Assembly (NCBI GenBank): GCA_016872415.1 | Contig: VGZX01000002.1 | Span: 19,447 to 83,446, forward strand | Length of the DNA: 64,000 nt | Direction: 5' to 3' | Source of the DNA: SAR202 cluster bacterium | Lineage (GTDB): Bacteria; Chloroflexota; Dehalococcoidia; Lucifugimonadales; Australimonadaceae | Shown: positions 21,716 to 29,826 of the stretch, in pieces | Position numbering within the stretch: the first letter of the stretch is position 1 | Layout of the letters: every line of letters starts with the position of its first letter | Position numbers and translations under genes: made by a program | Notes under the pieces: generated by a model | Database searches by the model: none | Seen by the model: the letters and a program-made list of their open reading frames with translations, nothing else | Told to the model about the DNA's origin: nothing

Positions 21716-21733
21716 CCGATCAAACAGGGTCAA
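21704..21733 (-). promoter_or_regulatory. Sigma-70-like promoter of the atp operon
   Basis: On the minus strand: TTGACC (21733-21728), an 18-nt spacer, then TAATGT (21709-21704). This predicts a very short leader that contains only the Shine-Dalgarno of atpZ. Confidence 0.5.
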
Positions 21734-21769
21734 GGAAACTATAGCCCTTGCGCCTATCCCTGCATAGTC

Positions 21770-21799
21770 AGCGAGCCTGGGATGGCTCCCAGGCTCGCT
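21770..21799 (-). terminator. Strong stem-loop between the nuclease gene and the atp promoter
   Basis: A perfect 12-bp stem, AGCGAGCCTGGG (21770-21781) paired with CCCAGGCTCGCT (21788-21799), with a 6-nt loop. It lies 44 nt downstream of the stop at 21843. There is no U-tract. Confidence 0.5.
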
Positions 21800-21842
21800 A
21801 GTCCTCATGATCGTTGCTCGTTGCGCCCGCGTGGGGGGGCGG

Positions 21843-22397
21843 TCAGCTCTTGCCGAGCTCGTCCAACCCCTTCAGGTCCTTCAGGAAGTCGGAAAAGGCC
21901 GACAGGTTCTTGATCTCTTCCTCGCTCAACGCGGCCTGGCCCTTGTCGCCCTTGCGGGCCGTCTCGTCCATCATGGGCTTGCCGGTTTCCTTGTCCATCA
22001 CGATGCCGGCCTTGTCCAGCACCATGTCCTCGACGTAGATGGGCACGCTGGCGCGCACGGCCACCGCGATGGCGTCGCTGGGGCGGCAGTCGACCTCGAT
22101 GGCGCCGTTTTCGCCGTCGCGCGCGAGCACGAGCTTGGCGAAGAAGGTGTCGTTCGAGAGGTCGGACACGACCACGCGTTCGACCCGCGCGCCGAGGGTC
22201 TTGATCACGGAGCCCAGCAGGTCATGGGTGAGCGGGCGGGGCACCGAGACGTCTTGCAGCTTCACCGCGATGGCGTCGGCCTCGGGCGACCCAATCCATA
22301 TCGGCAGGTATCGCTCAGCCTCGCGCTGCTTCAGGATGACCACCCGCTGGTAGTTCATCAGGCTCACGCGAATGCTGTCTATCACCATCTCTAGCAT
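21843..22397 (-). CDS. Bifunctional nuclease (BFN/DUF151) family protein
   Basis: VILKQREAERYLPIWIGSPEADAIAVKLQDVSVPRPLTHDLL ... FFAKLVLARDGENGAIEVDCRPSDAIAVAVRASVPIYV is the characteristic BFN pattern. Confidence 0.8.
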   Translation of the reverse strand: MLEMVIDSIRVSLMNYQRVVILKQREAERYLPIWIGSPEADAIAVKLQDVSVPRPLTHDLLGSVIKTLGARVERVVVSDLSNDTFFAKLVLARDGENGAIEVDCRPSDAIAVAVRASVPIYVEDMVLDKAGIVMDKETGKPMMDETARKGDKGQAALSEEEIKNLSAFSDFLKDLKGLDELGKS

Positions 22398-22430
22398 GAT
22401 CCCGCCGTCCTTTTCGCACGCCTTCAGGCC

Positions 22431-22460
22431 ATTGTATGCACCGCCTTAAAACAGTGTCAA
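22431..22460 (-). promoter_or_regulatory. Sigma-70-like promoter of the BFN gene
   Basis: On the minus strand: TTGACA (22460-22455), an 18-nt spacer, then TACAAT (22436-22431). Confidence 0.55.
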
Positions 22461-22655
22461 TGAACACCTCGGCTCTCGACGGCGCATCGGACGAAGGCCC
22501 GCAACCGCGCAAACCCGGTGGCCGAGCCCCCTTCCCGAAAGTCGGATGCGGCGTCTACCTTCCGCCTATCCCGCGCCGCATGGCCGTTCCGTATCTTGTT
22601 CGATTGAGGGAAAGCCCTCACCGGGCAGGGGTGAACCCGCCATGCCAAGGAGCGT

Positions 22656-23051
22656 ATGCACACTCAACCGAGCCTTCATCGTCTGAACCGATTCACGCGG
22701 ACCGCCCATCTAGCGATCGTCGGGGCGATCTTGCTGCTGGTGGCCGCGGCATGCTCGGGACAACCGCCCGCGCCAACCGCCACGCCCACGCCGGCCGCGA
22801 CGGCCACGCCGGAGGCCAAAGAGCCAGCCGGTGAGCGCCACCGGCACGACGCCCAACGAAACGATGCCCGGGCCGAGCGCGCGATACAGGGGAACGAATG
22901 TGATCGAGTAGAAAACGGTGGCCAACGCCACCAAGGCGATACGCAGGTCGACACGCTCGACGCCGATGGCGCGCCGGTCGATTCCGAATTGCCCCTTGAT
23001 CGTCACCGCTTCCGATTGATGCAATGCCACGTGCGAGGCTCCTCCTTATAG
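22656..23051 (+). pseudogene. Probable 5' remnant of a lipoprotein gene (signal peptide, lipobox and Pro/Thr linker only)
   Basis: The ORF starts MHTQPSLHRLNRFTRTAHLAIVGAILLLVAAACSGQPPAPTATPTPAATATPEAKEP. After about 22845 the G/C bias at third codon positions collapses. The translation then becomes an R/H/D-rich string typical of a wrong frame, and it overlaps the opposite-strand ORF. Confidence 0.3.
22710..23030 (-). CDS. Small membrane protein or 5' remnant of a membrane protein gene
   Basis: GTG 23030 has GGAGGA 9 nt upstream. The first ~73 aa look genuine (two TM helices: RIALVALATVFYSITFVPLY, IVSLGVVPVALTGWLFG). The remaining RRGRRGRRGRGGWRGR... is the antisense of the Pro/Thr-coding DNA. 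Confidence 0.4.
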   Translation of the reverse strand: MALHQSEAVTIKGQFGIDRRAIGVERVDLRIALVALATVFYSITFVPLYRALGPGIVSLGVVPVALTGWLFGLRRGRRGRRGRGGWRGRLSRACRGHQQQDRPDDR

Positions 23052-23252
23052 TGACCCCGGTCTATGGGCGCCACGACGGCCCGGCCCAGCATGCGACCCC
23101 CGCATTGGCGTGCGTGCGTGCCCACAGGCCCGCCGAGGCGCGACCCCCATAGACACCCGCCGTTTGTTTGAGGCGTCTTATGAACAATTCACGCCGCGCC
23201 CACGCGACGGCAAGGCGTGGGCGTTCGACGTGGCCGTGGAGCCGTTGCCGCG

Positions 23253-23281
23253 TTGACCGCGCATGGGCCGCCTGCTATAGT
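23253..23281 (+). promoter_or_regulatory. Sigma-70-like promoter upstream of bioY
   Basis: TTGACC (23253-23258), a 17-nt spacer, then TATAGT (23276-23281). Confidence 0.55.
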
Positions 23282-23343
23282 CCAGGGGTTGTCGCGGGCA
23301 AGGCTCATATCTTTGCCTAGCATTACGCAGAGGTCAGCAGCAC

Positions 23344-24036
23344 ATGGCGGCCACGACACAGCGCACCACCATCGTCGACGCGGTCGTGCCCGGGCAAGGG
23401 CTGCTGCGCGACTTGGCCCTCGTCGGCGCGTTCACCGTGCTCGTCGCCGTCCTGGCACAGATCGCCGTGCGGTTGCCGTTCACCACGGTCCCCATCACCG
23501 GCCAAACGCTCGCCGTGCTCCTCACGGGCGGCGCGCTCGGCGCCAGGCGTGGTGCCGTCACCCTAGGCCTGTACCTCCTGCTGGGCACCGTCGGGGTTCC
23601 GGTGTTCTCGCCGGCGGGCTCGGCGCTCGGCGGGCAGACGCTGCACGTCATCCTGCCGTGGAAAGGGCTTGGCGCCCCCGTGTGGCTGATCACGAGCGGC
23701 GGCTACATCGTCGGCTTCGTGGCGGCGGCATTCTTGGTGGGCCGGCTTGCCGAGCGTGGCTGGGAGCGCGGGTGGCGCGTGACACTGGCGATGCTCGCCG
23801 GCAGCATCGCCATCTACGTGCCGGGGCTGCTGTGGCTCGGCTACTGCATCGGCACCGGCGCGCTGAACTCGCGCCTGGGATTCGACCTCGCGGCCGTCAT
23901 TCCCGGCTCGTCAACACTCGACAAGACGCTGGTGGGCGGCCTCTATCCGTTCATCGTGGGCGACCTCATCAAGCTCTACATCGCGTCCATCGCGCTGCCG
24001 GGCGCGTGGGCCCTCATCGGGCGAAGGCGAGGCTAG
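23344..24036 (+). CDS. bioY: Biotin transporter BioY (solitary; no bioM/bioN adjacent)
   Basis: TTVPITGQTLAVLLTGGALGARRGAVTLGLYLLLGTVGVPVFS ... SGGYIVGFV ... YPFIVGDLIKL is the BioY family pattern. Confidence 0.85.
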   Translation: MAATTQRTTIVDAVVPGQGLLRDLALVGAFTVLVAVLAQIAVRLPFTTVPITGQTLAVLLTGGALGARRGAVTLGLYLLLGTVGVPVFSPAGSALGGQTLHVILPWKGLGAPVWLITSGGYIVGFVAAAFLVGRLAERGWERGWRVTLAMLAGSIAIYVPGLLWLGYCIGTGALNSRLGFDLAAVIPGSSTLDKTLVGGLYPFIVGDLIKLYIASIALPGAWALIGRRRG

Positions 24037-24041
24037 GACGC

Positions 24042-24695
24042 ATGGAGATCGTGTGGCTCGGGCACGCCGCCTTCCGCATTCGCAGCGGCAACAGCAGCTT
24101 GCTCATGGACCCCTACCCGCCGCAGCTGGGTCTTCGCATTCCCCCGGCGCACGCGCAAGCCGGGCTCGTCACGGTGAGCAATGGCGCCGCCGAGCACGCG
24201 GCCGTCCCGACGGTCGCCGGCGGCGAGCAAGCCACCGTGCTTCGCGGTCCGGGCGAATACGAGCTTGCGGGGCTCACGGTCAAGGGCGTGCGCGTGCGCG
24301 GCGCCGCCAGCTCGCCCGACACATGGAGCACGGTCTTCGTCGTCGAGGCGGAAGGCTTGTCCGTTTGTCATCTCGGAAACCCAGGGATGCTTCCCATCAG
24401 CCGGCAGATCGAAGCGATCGGCACGCCACATATACTGCTGCTGCCCATTGGAAGCCCCGGCGGCCTCAATGCCGCGGATGCGGTCGAGATCACGAACAGT
24501 TTGTCGCCACGCATCGTGGTGCCGATGCTGCACGCGCACCCCGGCAACACGGCGAACCTCCGCCCCATCGACGCCTTCTTGCAAGAGATGGGCGTCAAGG
24601 CTCCAGAGCCGCAGCCACGGCTGACGGTGACGCGCAACGCGCTGCCCGAGGAAACGCAGGTCGTCGTGCTGACGCCGGCCGTACAGCCCGCGTAG
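24042..24695 (+). CDS. MBL-fold metal-dependent hydrolase (UPF0173-like)
   Basis: The ATG at 24042 within ORF 23217-24695 gives MEIVWLGHAAFRIRSGNSSLLMDPY... . The upstream 275 codons of that ORF overlap bioY in another frame and are not credible. Confidence 0.7.
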   Translation: MEIVWLGHAAFRIRSGNSSLLMDPYPPQLGLRIPPAHAQAGLVTVSNGAAEHAAVPTVAGGEQATVLRGPGEYELAGLTVKGVRVRGAASSPDTWSTVFVVEAEGLSVCHLGNPGMLPISRQIEAIGTPHILLLPIGSPGGLNAADAVEITNSLSPRIVVPMLHAHPGNTANLRPIDAFLQEMGVKAPEPQPRLTVTRNALPEETQVVVLTPAVQPA

Positions 24696-24744
24696 GCGCG
24701 GTCGCCAGCGGCGGCCGACGACGATGGACGCCGGCGCCCCGGGG

Positions 24745-25254
24745 CTAGGCCCGGCGCGCCAACAGCCTGAACCCCAGCAACACGCCGCCAAACGCCAGCA
24801 TCGCTCCCCCTCCGATCCCGCCAATCAGGAGCCACGGCACCTGGACCGGCGCTTCCCGCACGCCGGCGGCGGCCGGCGGCGCGAACTCCAACGTCACGGT
24901 TTCGACTCGCGGTTGAGACAGCGCGGGGAACGGGTACGACAGCGTCGCGCGCGCGCCGTTCAGCTCGAACGTGACCTCCTGGCCGACGTACGATTGACTG
25001 GGCGGGCTGACAATGAGCAGGTATCGACCGTCGGGTTGCCGCTCGGCGCGGCGCGACCAGTCGCCGACCGTCACCGTGACGCCGCCCAGGTTGACCACCG
25101 GCTCGCCGGCGACGTTTGCCTTGAGGTCCGCATAGACGAGCGGCAACGGTGGCGGGCCCCCCTCCTGAGCGTTCGCCACACTCACCGTGGCGGCCAGCCA
25201 GCACACCAGCAATAGCACATACAAAGGCACGCGGCGGTCCATCGCTGCACGCAC
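24745..25254 (-). CDS. Secreted protein with C-terminal membrane anchor, unknown function
   Basis: A signal peptide (LYVLLLVCWLAATVSVANA/QE), a ~110-aa beta-rich domain, then the C-terminal TM WLLIGGIGGGAMLAFGGVLLGFRLLARRA. GGAGGAGG lies 8 nt upstream of GTG 25254; ATG 25242 is an alternative start. Confidence 0.6.
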   Translation of the reverse strand: MRAAMDRRVPLYVLLLVCWLAATVSVANAQEGGPPPLPLVYADLKANVAGEPVVNLGGVTVTVGDWSRRAERQPDGRYLLIVSPPSQSYVGQEVTFELNGARATLSYPFPALSQPRVETVTLEFAPPAAAGVREAPVQVPWLLIGGIGGGAMLAFGGVLLGFRLLARRA

Positions 25255-25281
25255 TCCTCACACCTCCTCCAGTGTTCCCAT

Positions 25282-25316
25282 AAAAAGGCCTCCCTCCCGC
25301 GAAGGGGAGGGAGGCC
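25282..25316 (-). terminator. Canonical intrinsic terminator of the surface-protein gene
   Basis: On the minus strand a perfect 12-bp stem, GGCCTCCCTCCC paired with GGGAGGGAGGCC (25316-25305 and 25298-25287), has a 6-nt loop and is followed by TTTTT (25286-25282). It starts 40 nt after the stop at 25356. Confidence 0.8.
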
Positions 25317-25355
25317 TCGGACTATCCCTATCACGCTATCCGAGCCGTGGGGCCG

Positions 25356-28160
25356 TTACGGTACGAACGTGCCGTCGCGGGTGAACCAGACCCAGTAGCC
25401 GGTGCCGTTCAGAATGTTCGGGTGGGCGGCCGTGCCGACACGCTGCCAGGCGTTCGTAGTGGTGCTGAAGGTGTAGATCACACTAATGTTCGCGAAGCTG
25501 GTGCCGAAGTAGACCGCCGGGGTGGTAACGAGACCACCAGGTCCGCCACCAGCCGGGGACAGGGTCAGGTCGGTCACCGGGAGCAGGTTCCAACCGGTGG
25601 TCACCGCGATGGTCGGCAGCACCGCGGCCGGGTCACGCTCGGGGATGAGCGTGCTGATCGGCGTGAAGGCCGTCGTCTGCACCCAGTAGGCGCGGTTGGA
25701 GGTGATCGTCGTCAGCGTGCCGGTCCAGTTGCCACTGGCGCCGCGGGTCGCGACCAGCCAGGGGCCCTTCGGGTCCGTCGGAGCGTAGGTCAGGACCGAG
25801 GTCGCCGGGTGCGACGGCGGGATCACGGCGTCGATCGACTTGTCCACCGGGTTACCGGGCAGGGAGATCAGGTTGTAACCGGGGCTCAATGGGACGCTGT
25901 ATGGCTTGCGATCGATCACCGTGAACACGTAGGCCTGGGACGCCAGGGCGTTGCCCGAGACATCCGTGGCCGTAACGGTAAGCGTGTGCGTGCCAATCGA
26001 CAGGCTCTTAGCAGCGACGATGAAGCTGTCGGTGGTGCCAGAGACCAAGGTCGAACCAGCCAGCACGTCGGCGCCATCAATCTTCAGGGATGTGAGTGTC
26101 ACGGCGTTACCCGTGTCAATCTCTTGGCTGGTCGGCGTGGCACCGACGACCGCCACGGCAGCACCGGTGGGCGAGCAGGTCGCGGTACCGCCAGTGGGCG
26201 TGCCACAGTCATACCGATCGAAAGGCGTGCCAGAGGCGTTGACCGCGGTCGCGAGGGAGTACTCCGCGCGCTCGGAGAAGTTGATGCGAATGAACGGGCT
26301 CTTGCTCTCCGTCGTGTTCGGCGTGCCGGCGGGGGCCGGGGTCAGCACGAACGCCGGACTGGCAATGGCGGAGTCCACTTCGAACAGTGTAGCCGTGGCC
26401 AGGTTGACCTTCGTGCTACCGGCCGTCGGCGCGGCGCCGCTCGCTATACCATTCACGTCAGTACCGGTCACAACCACCCAAATGAGGCCGTTCGCGGCCG
26501 GGGCGCCCGCAGTCTGCTTGACTTCCCAGGTGTTCGCCAGCCCGGAGACCGCGGCAGGAGCCAGGGTGCTAGAGGCTTGACCAGCCACGAGCACATCAGC
26601 GTTGGCCACGGCCGCATTCGCGACAGTCAGGAGGATGACGGAAGGAGCGGTGCCGAGGGGCTCGTCCGAGACGACACGGATAACCGCTTCGTTGCCGGTC
26701 GTGCCCTTGACGATCTGGCGAGTCGTCTGACCGTTGACCGTCACCGTGAACCGAGCCGGAATGCCGTCGGTTATGCCGGCGAAGTCAGCCGCGGCGGCGG
26801 TGTTGCCCGCAAGGTCTTGCACTGCGCCAAAGATCGTAACCTTTGGCTTGGCATTACCAGTAAGCTCGCTGGCGAGCTTCAAGAACACGGTATTGCGGAG
26901 GTCTTCGCTGCCAGCGATGTTCGGATCCACGGGGTGGTTCGGGTAGATGACACCCGTCACCGTGTTGCCCGCAACCGCGAACGAGGCAGCGCTAACCGTA
27001 GCCGCATTCAGGAAGTCGGCGCCATTGGCATCGGTGAACGTCAGCTTGATCGACGTGCGGTCGGCCGAGGTGGACGTCTTCTTGTTAGTGGCGTCGTAGC
27101 CCTTGCCCGTCTGGGCAGTCGCAATGCTGGGAGCCGAAGTGTCGATGGTCAACTTGAACGCCTGGCTACCGGTAATCACGGCGTCCGCGTCAGTGGCGGC
27201 AATGTTGCCTGCGCGGTCACGGGCCGCAATGTTCCACCAGTGCGTGCCGCTGGTCAGCAACCGAGTGGACAGCAGACTGAACCCATTGGTGACAGGGGTC
27301 CACAAAGCCGTCTCGGAGAAGTCGGTGCCAGTCACCCCGATCACGTCGGCGCTGGGAGTGGCAATGGTTGACTGCAAAATGCGGCGGATCTTCACGTCCA
27401 CCGCTTGCCCCTTGGCGAAGGGAGAGGTGCCGGTGTAGTCGACCACGCCAACACCGTACTTGATCGGCTCATTCGCGCTGATGCCGTTACCGTCGTGGTC
27501 GCTCGACGTCGAGGAGCCAGGCGCGGTGGTGCTCAGTGTGTTGGTGTCCGGACGCATGCCGGAACCGGCGTCCGTGATGGTGGCAGAGAAGTCAATTGTC
27601 GTCGAACGGGTGATCGTGTTGTGCGCGGGGCCGCTCACGGCGATCGTGGGCTTCACCGTGTCAACCGTCATATTGGCGACGTCGCCAGTGGCAGAGAAGG
27701 CAACTCGGATAGTGTTGCCGTCGGAAGTGGCGATGTCGGTCGTGGCGCTCGCCACGGTGGCGACAACGAAAATGGTACCGGTGAAGATACCGGTGTTGTT
27801 ACCGGTCTCGGTGAGCGTGCGACCTCCACTGATGCTGGTGTTGGTCGTCTGGTTGGTCACTGTGACGCTGATGGTGTCAACAGCGCCAGCGGCGGCGTTT
27901 GACGCAGCGTGAGTCACGGTGATTAACACTTGGTTGAATGCCGCGCTGCTGTTGGCGACGTACAACGTGGTGCCGACCCGGGTGTCCTGCGTGACGCCGG
28001 CTTCCACGCCGGTGCCCGTGCCACCCTGGACCTGCAACACAATCGCGCCACCACCGATGGACGTGCCGGCGAACGCGGGCACCGCCGTCACGATGATGGC
28101 CATCATGGCGGCTAGCGCCACGATGATACCGACCGGAGTAAACCTACTCTTCAATCTCAC
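25356..28160 (-). CDS. Large secreted cell-surface protein, candidate S-layer (glyco)protein with Ig-like repeats
   Basis: 934 aa, GTG start with AAGGGGGT upstream. The signal peptide ends ...VTAVPAFA/GT. The composition is dominated by T/A/G/V/N/S, with only two Cys and many N-x-S/T sequons. Recurrent Ig-like strands are visible (e.g. TLTVTATDVSGNALASQAYVFTV, DTVKPTIAVSGP). The gene has its own strong promoter and terminator. Confidence 0.8.
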   Translation of the reverse strand: MRLKSRFTPVGIIVALAAMMAIIVTAVPAFAGTSIGGGAIVLQVQGGTGTGVEAGVTQDTRVGTTLYVANSSAAFNQVLITVTHAASNAAAGAVDTISVTVTNQTTNTSISGGRTLTETGNNTGIFTGTIFVVATVASATTDIATSDGNTIRVAFSATGDVANMTVDTVKPTIAVSGPAHNTITRSTTIDFSATITDAGSGMRPDTNTLSTTAPGSSTSSDHDGNGISANEPIKYGVGVVDYTGTSPFAKGQAVDVKIRRILQSTIATPSADVIGVTGTDFSETALWTPVTNGFSLLSTRLLTSGTHWWNIAARDRAGNIAATDADAVITGSQAFKLTIDTSAPSIATAQTGKGYDATNKKTSTSADRTSIKLTFTDANGADFLNAATVSAASFAVAGNTVTGVIYPNHPVDPNIAGSEDLRNTVFLKLASELTGNAKPKVTIFGAVQDLAGNTAAAADFAGITDGIPARFTVTVNGQTTRQIVKGTTGNEAVIRVVSDEPLGTAPSVILLTVANAAVANADVLVAGQASSTLAPAAVSGLANTWEVKQTAGAPAANGLIWVVVTGTDVNGIASGAAPTAGSTKVNLATATLFEVDSAIASPAFVLTPAPAGTPNTTESKSPFIRINFSERAEYSLATAVNASGTPFDRYDCGTPTGGTATCSPTGAAVAVVGATPTSQEIDTGNAVTLTSLKIDGADVLAGSTLVSGTTDSFIVAAKSLSIGTHTLTVTATDVSGNALASQAYVFTVIDRKPYSVPLSPGYNLISLPGNPVDKSIDAVIPPSHPATSVLTYAPTDPKGPWLVATRGASGNWTGTLTTITSNRAYWVQTTAFTPISTLIPERDPAAVLPTIAVTTGWNLLPVTDLTLSPAGGGPGGLVTTPAVYFGTSFANISVIYTFSTTTNAWQRVGTAAHPNILNGTGYWVWFTRDGTFVP

Positions 28161-28566
28161 GTCCTACCCCCTTGTTTGTATCCGATGTTCGAAACGACCA
28201 GGTCAGGTTCCTGAGTCATCACATGCCGCCCTCCTTCAGGGATGGCGCGGCAGGAATGGACTGTGCGTGGGGCCTCTCGCTGAGAACGATGAGGAGAATT
28301 CCACCGTTCAACCTCTTCCTGCCCAAATCCGCGAGATTTTTACCCGACTCGCGGGCATTTGTCAATCTGGAATCGAGACACTAAGCAGGCCACGTCCGTG
28401 GCCCCTTCCTCGTGCCTTCCCCGCGTCCCGCCGGCATTCCAAGCCGTTGCCAAGTGCGCTCATCCGAGTCCTGGCCTCATGTGCCTCGCGGGCCCCGGGA
28501 CTCGCCCGCTCGCAACGCCAGGAAGCAGACAACCACCAGTGGAAATGCCCTTTATAGCTCTAGGGG

Positions 28567-28596
28567 ACTATAGGTTACGACTAGGGGGGGTGTCAA
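28567..28596 (-). promoter_or_regulatory. Strong sigma-70-like promoter of the surface-protein gene
   Basis: On the minus strand: TTGACA (28596-28591), an 18-nt spacer, then TATAGT (28572-28567). This predicts a leader of about 400 nt before the GTG at 28160. Confidence 0.6.
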
Positions 28597-28840
28597 GAGG
28601 TTCACGGCGCCGTCTCCAGGGACTTTCGTCCTACCCCTCGTGCAACTCATGTACCCTCGGTACGATTCCAGCAACAAGAAACGTGAATCCGCGTGACACG
28701 TCAGGGTACTCGCACCCGCGGCGCAAATAGCACGCCTGCCACGCGCCAGCCTACTCGGGTAGTGTGTAGGTGATCGCCAGCTGTGGGCGGTAGGCCGCCA
28801 CCACCGCCTCGCCCGACTCGAATCGCCGGGTCGTGTGGTT

Positions 28841-29683
28841 CTACGCCTCTCCGCCAACGATGATCCATCCGTGGCTCGACGATGGATCGGATATCCATCG
28901 GTTGACGTCAGCCAGCAGCTGAGGCGTGGATTCCCAGATGATCGACCCGTCGATCCCCAATACCATAGTGGCGCTTGGGGCGTTGACGTAGTCGCCTCCG
29001 GGCGTCGTCCACTGGCTGGAGCCGTAGTTGTTGTGGGTCCACGTCGGGTCGCCCGCCGTGGCAGCGGCGCCATATTCCCCACCGCCGCTGTTCGATGTGC
29101 CTTCGCCCCACGGCGTCACGACGCGGTTGAGGCTGAACGACACCTCGTTTTGCGACGAGGGCGACGTGCTGAGCCGTATCGAGAGGCGCACGCTCTGCAC
29201 TTGCGCGCCCGGCGGCAGGCGGTTCTGGATGTCGAAGCGAATCAGCGCCCGGCGGGAGTCACCGAACAGGTTCTTGCCGGCATAGAGATAGGGCCCCTGG
29301 GCGTCGGCGTTGGCGGCAACCTCCGAGAACAGGGTTGTGTCGAAGTCCGCCTGAATCAACGCGAGCATGGGCACACGCGTGGGCGTGGGCATGAGCGTTG
29401 CCGTTGGAGTGGGCGTGGGGCCGGCAAGCGTGGGCGTCGGCGATGCGGTCGGCGTCGGCGTTGGCGTCGCGATCGCCGTCGGCGTCGTCGCGGGTCGAGG
29501 AGTCGGCGTGGGGGTCGCGGCCGACCGCGACGTCGCGGTCGGGGTTGGGGTCGCAAGCGCGATGGTTGGCGTGGCGGTCGGAAGGGGCGTGGGAGTGGGG
29601 TCGCGGCCACAGGTGACGAGGCCAGCGCTCAACACGGCCATTGCGGCGATTCCAACCCCGCGGATGGAAAACTTCATCGTCAC
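28841..29683 (-). CDS. Secreted lipoprotein with a long Pro/Thr linker and a C-terminal beta-rich domain of unknown function
   Basis: Signal plus lipobox-like AGLVTCG, then ~80 aa of (T/A)P repeats, then ~175 aa ([26 protein letters not shown]...WGEG...). The last part is reminiscent of DNRLRE/carbohydrate-binding-like modules, which is unverified. Confidence 0.7.
   Translation of the reverse strand: MTMKFSIRGVGIAAMAVLSAGLVTCGRDPTPTPLPTATPTIALATPTPTATSRSAATPTPTPRPATTPTAIATPTPTPTASPTPTLAGPTPTPTATLMPTPTRVPMLALIQADFDTTLFSEVAANADAQGPYLYAGKNLFGDSRRALIRFDIQNRLPPGAQVQSVRLSIRLSTSPSSQNEVSFSLNRVVTPWGEGTSNSGGGEYGAAATAGDPTWTHNNYGSSQWTTPGGDYVNAPSATMVLGIDGSIIWESTPQLLADVNRWISDPSSSHGWIIVGGEA
29371..29605 (-). 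repeat. Low-complexity Pro/Thr-coding repeat DNA
   Basis: An irregular reiteration of GGCGTNGG/GTCGGC units on the plus strand. It encodes [12 protein letters not shown]...[13 protein letters not shown]. Confidence 0.7.
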
Positions 29684-29826
29684 GCCTCGCTACCCTCGGT
29701 GTTACGGCCCTAGGACAGCGACGCGTGTTACCGCAGATGCGACAGCGCCGTCTGCGATCTGGCGCTTCCACCTGAGCGACTCACCGTTCGGCCGAACGGG
29801 TGCTGGCGGAGGCGTCTCGGCGGCCG

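Noticed and set aside
23217-24041. The upstream 275 codons of ORF 23217-24695, which overlap bioY.
   Set aside because: The BioY signature is in the other frame (23344-24036). The MBL-fold protein begins at ATG 24042.
29371-29605. The repetitive GC-rich DNA as a CRISPR array or tandem-repeat locus.
   Set aside because: The units are irregular and have no spacer/repeat periodicity. The region lies inside an ORF and encodes a Pro/Thr linker.
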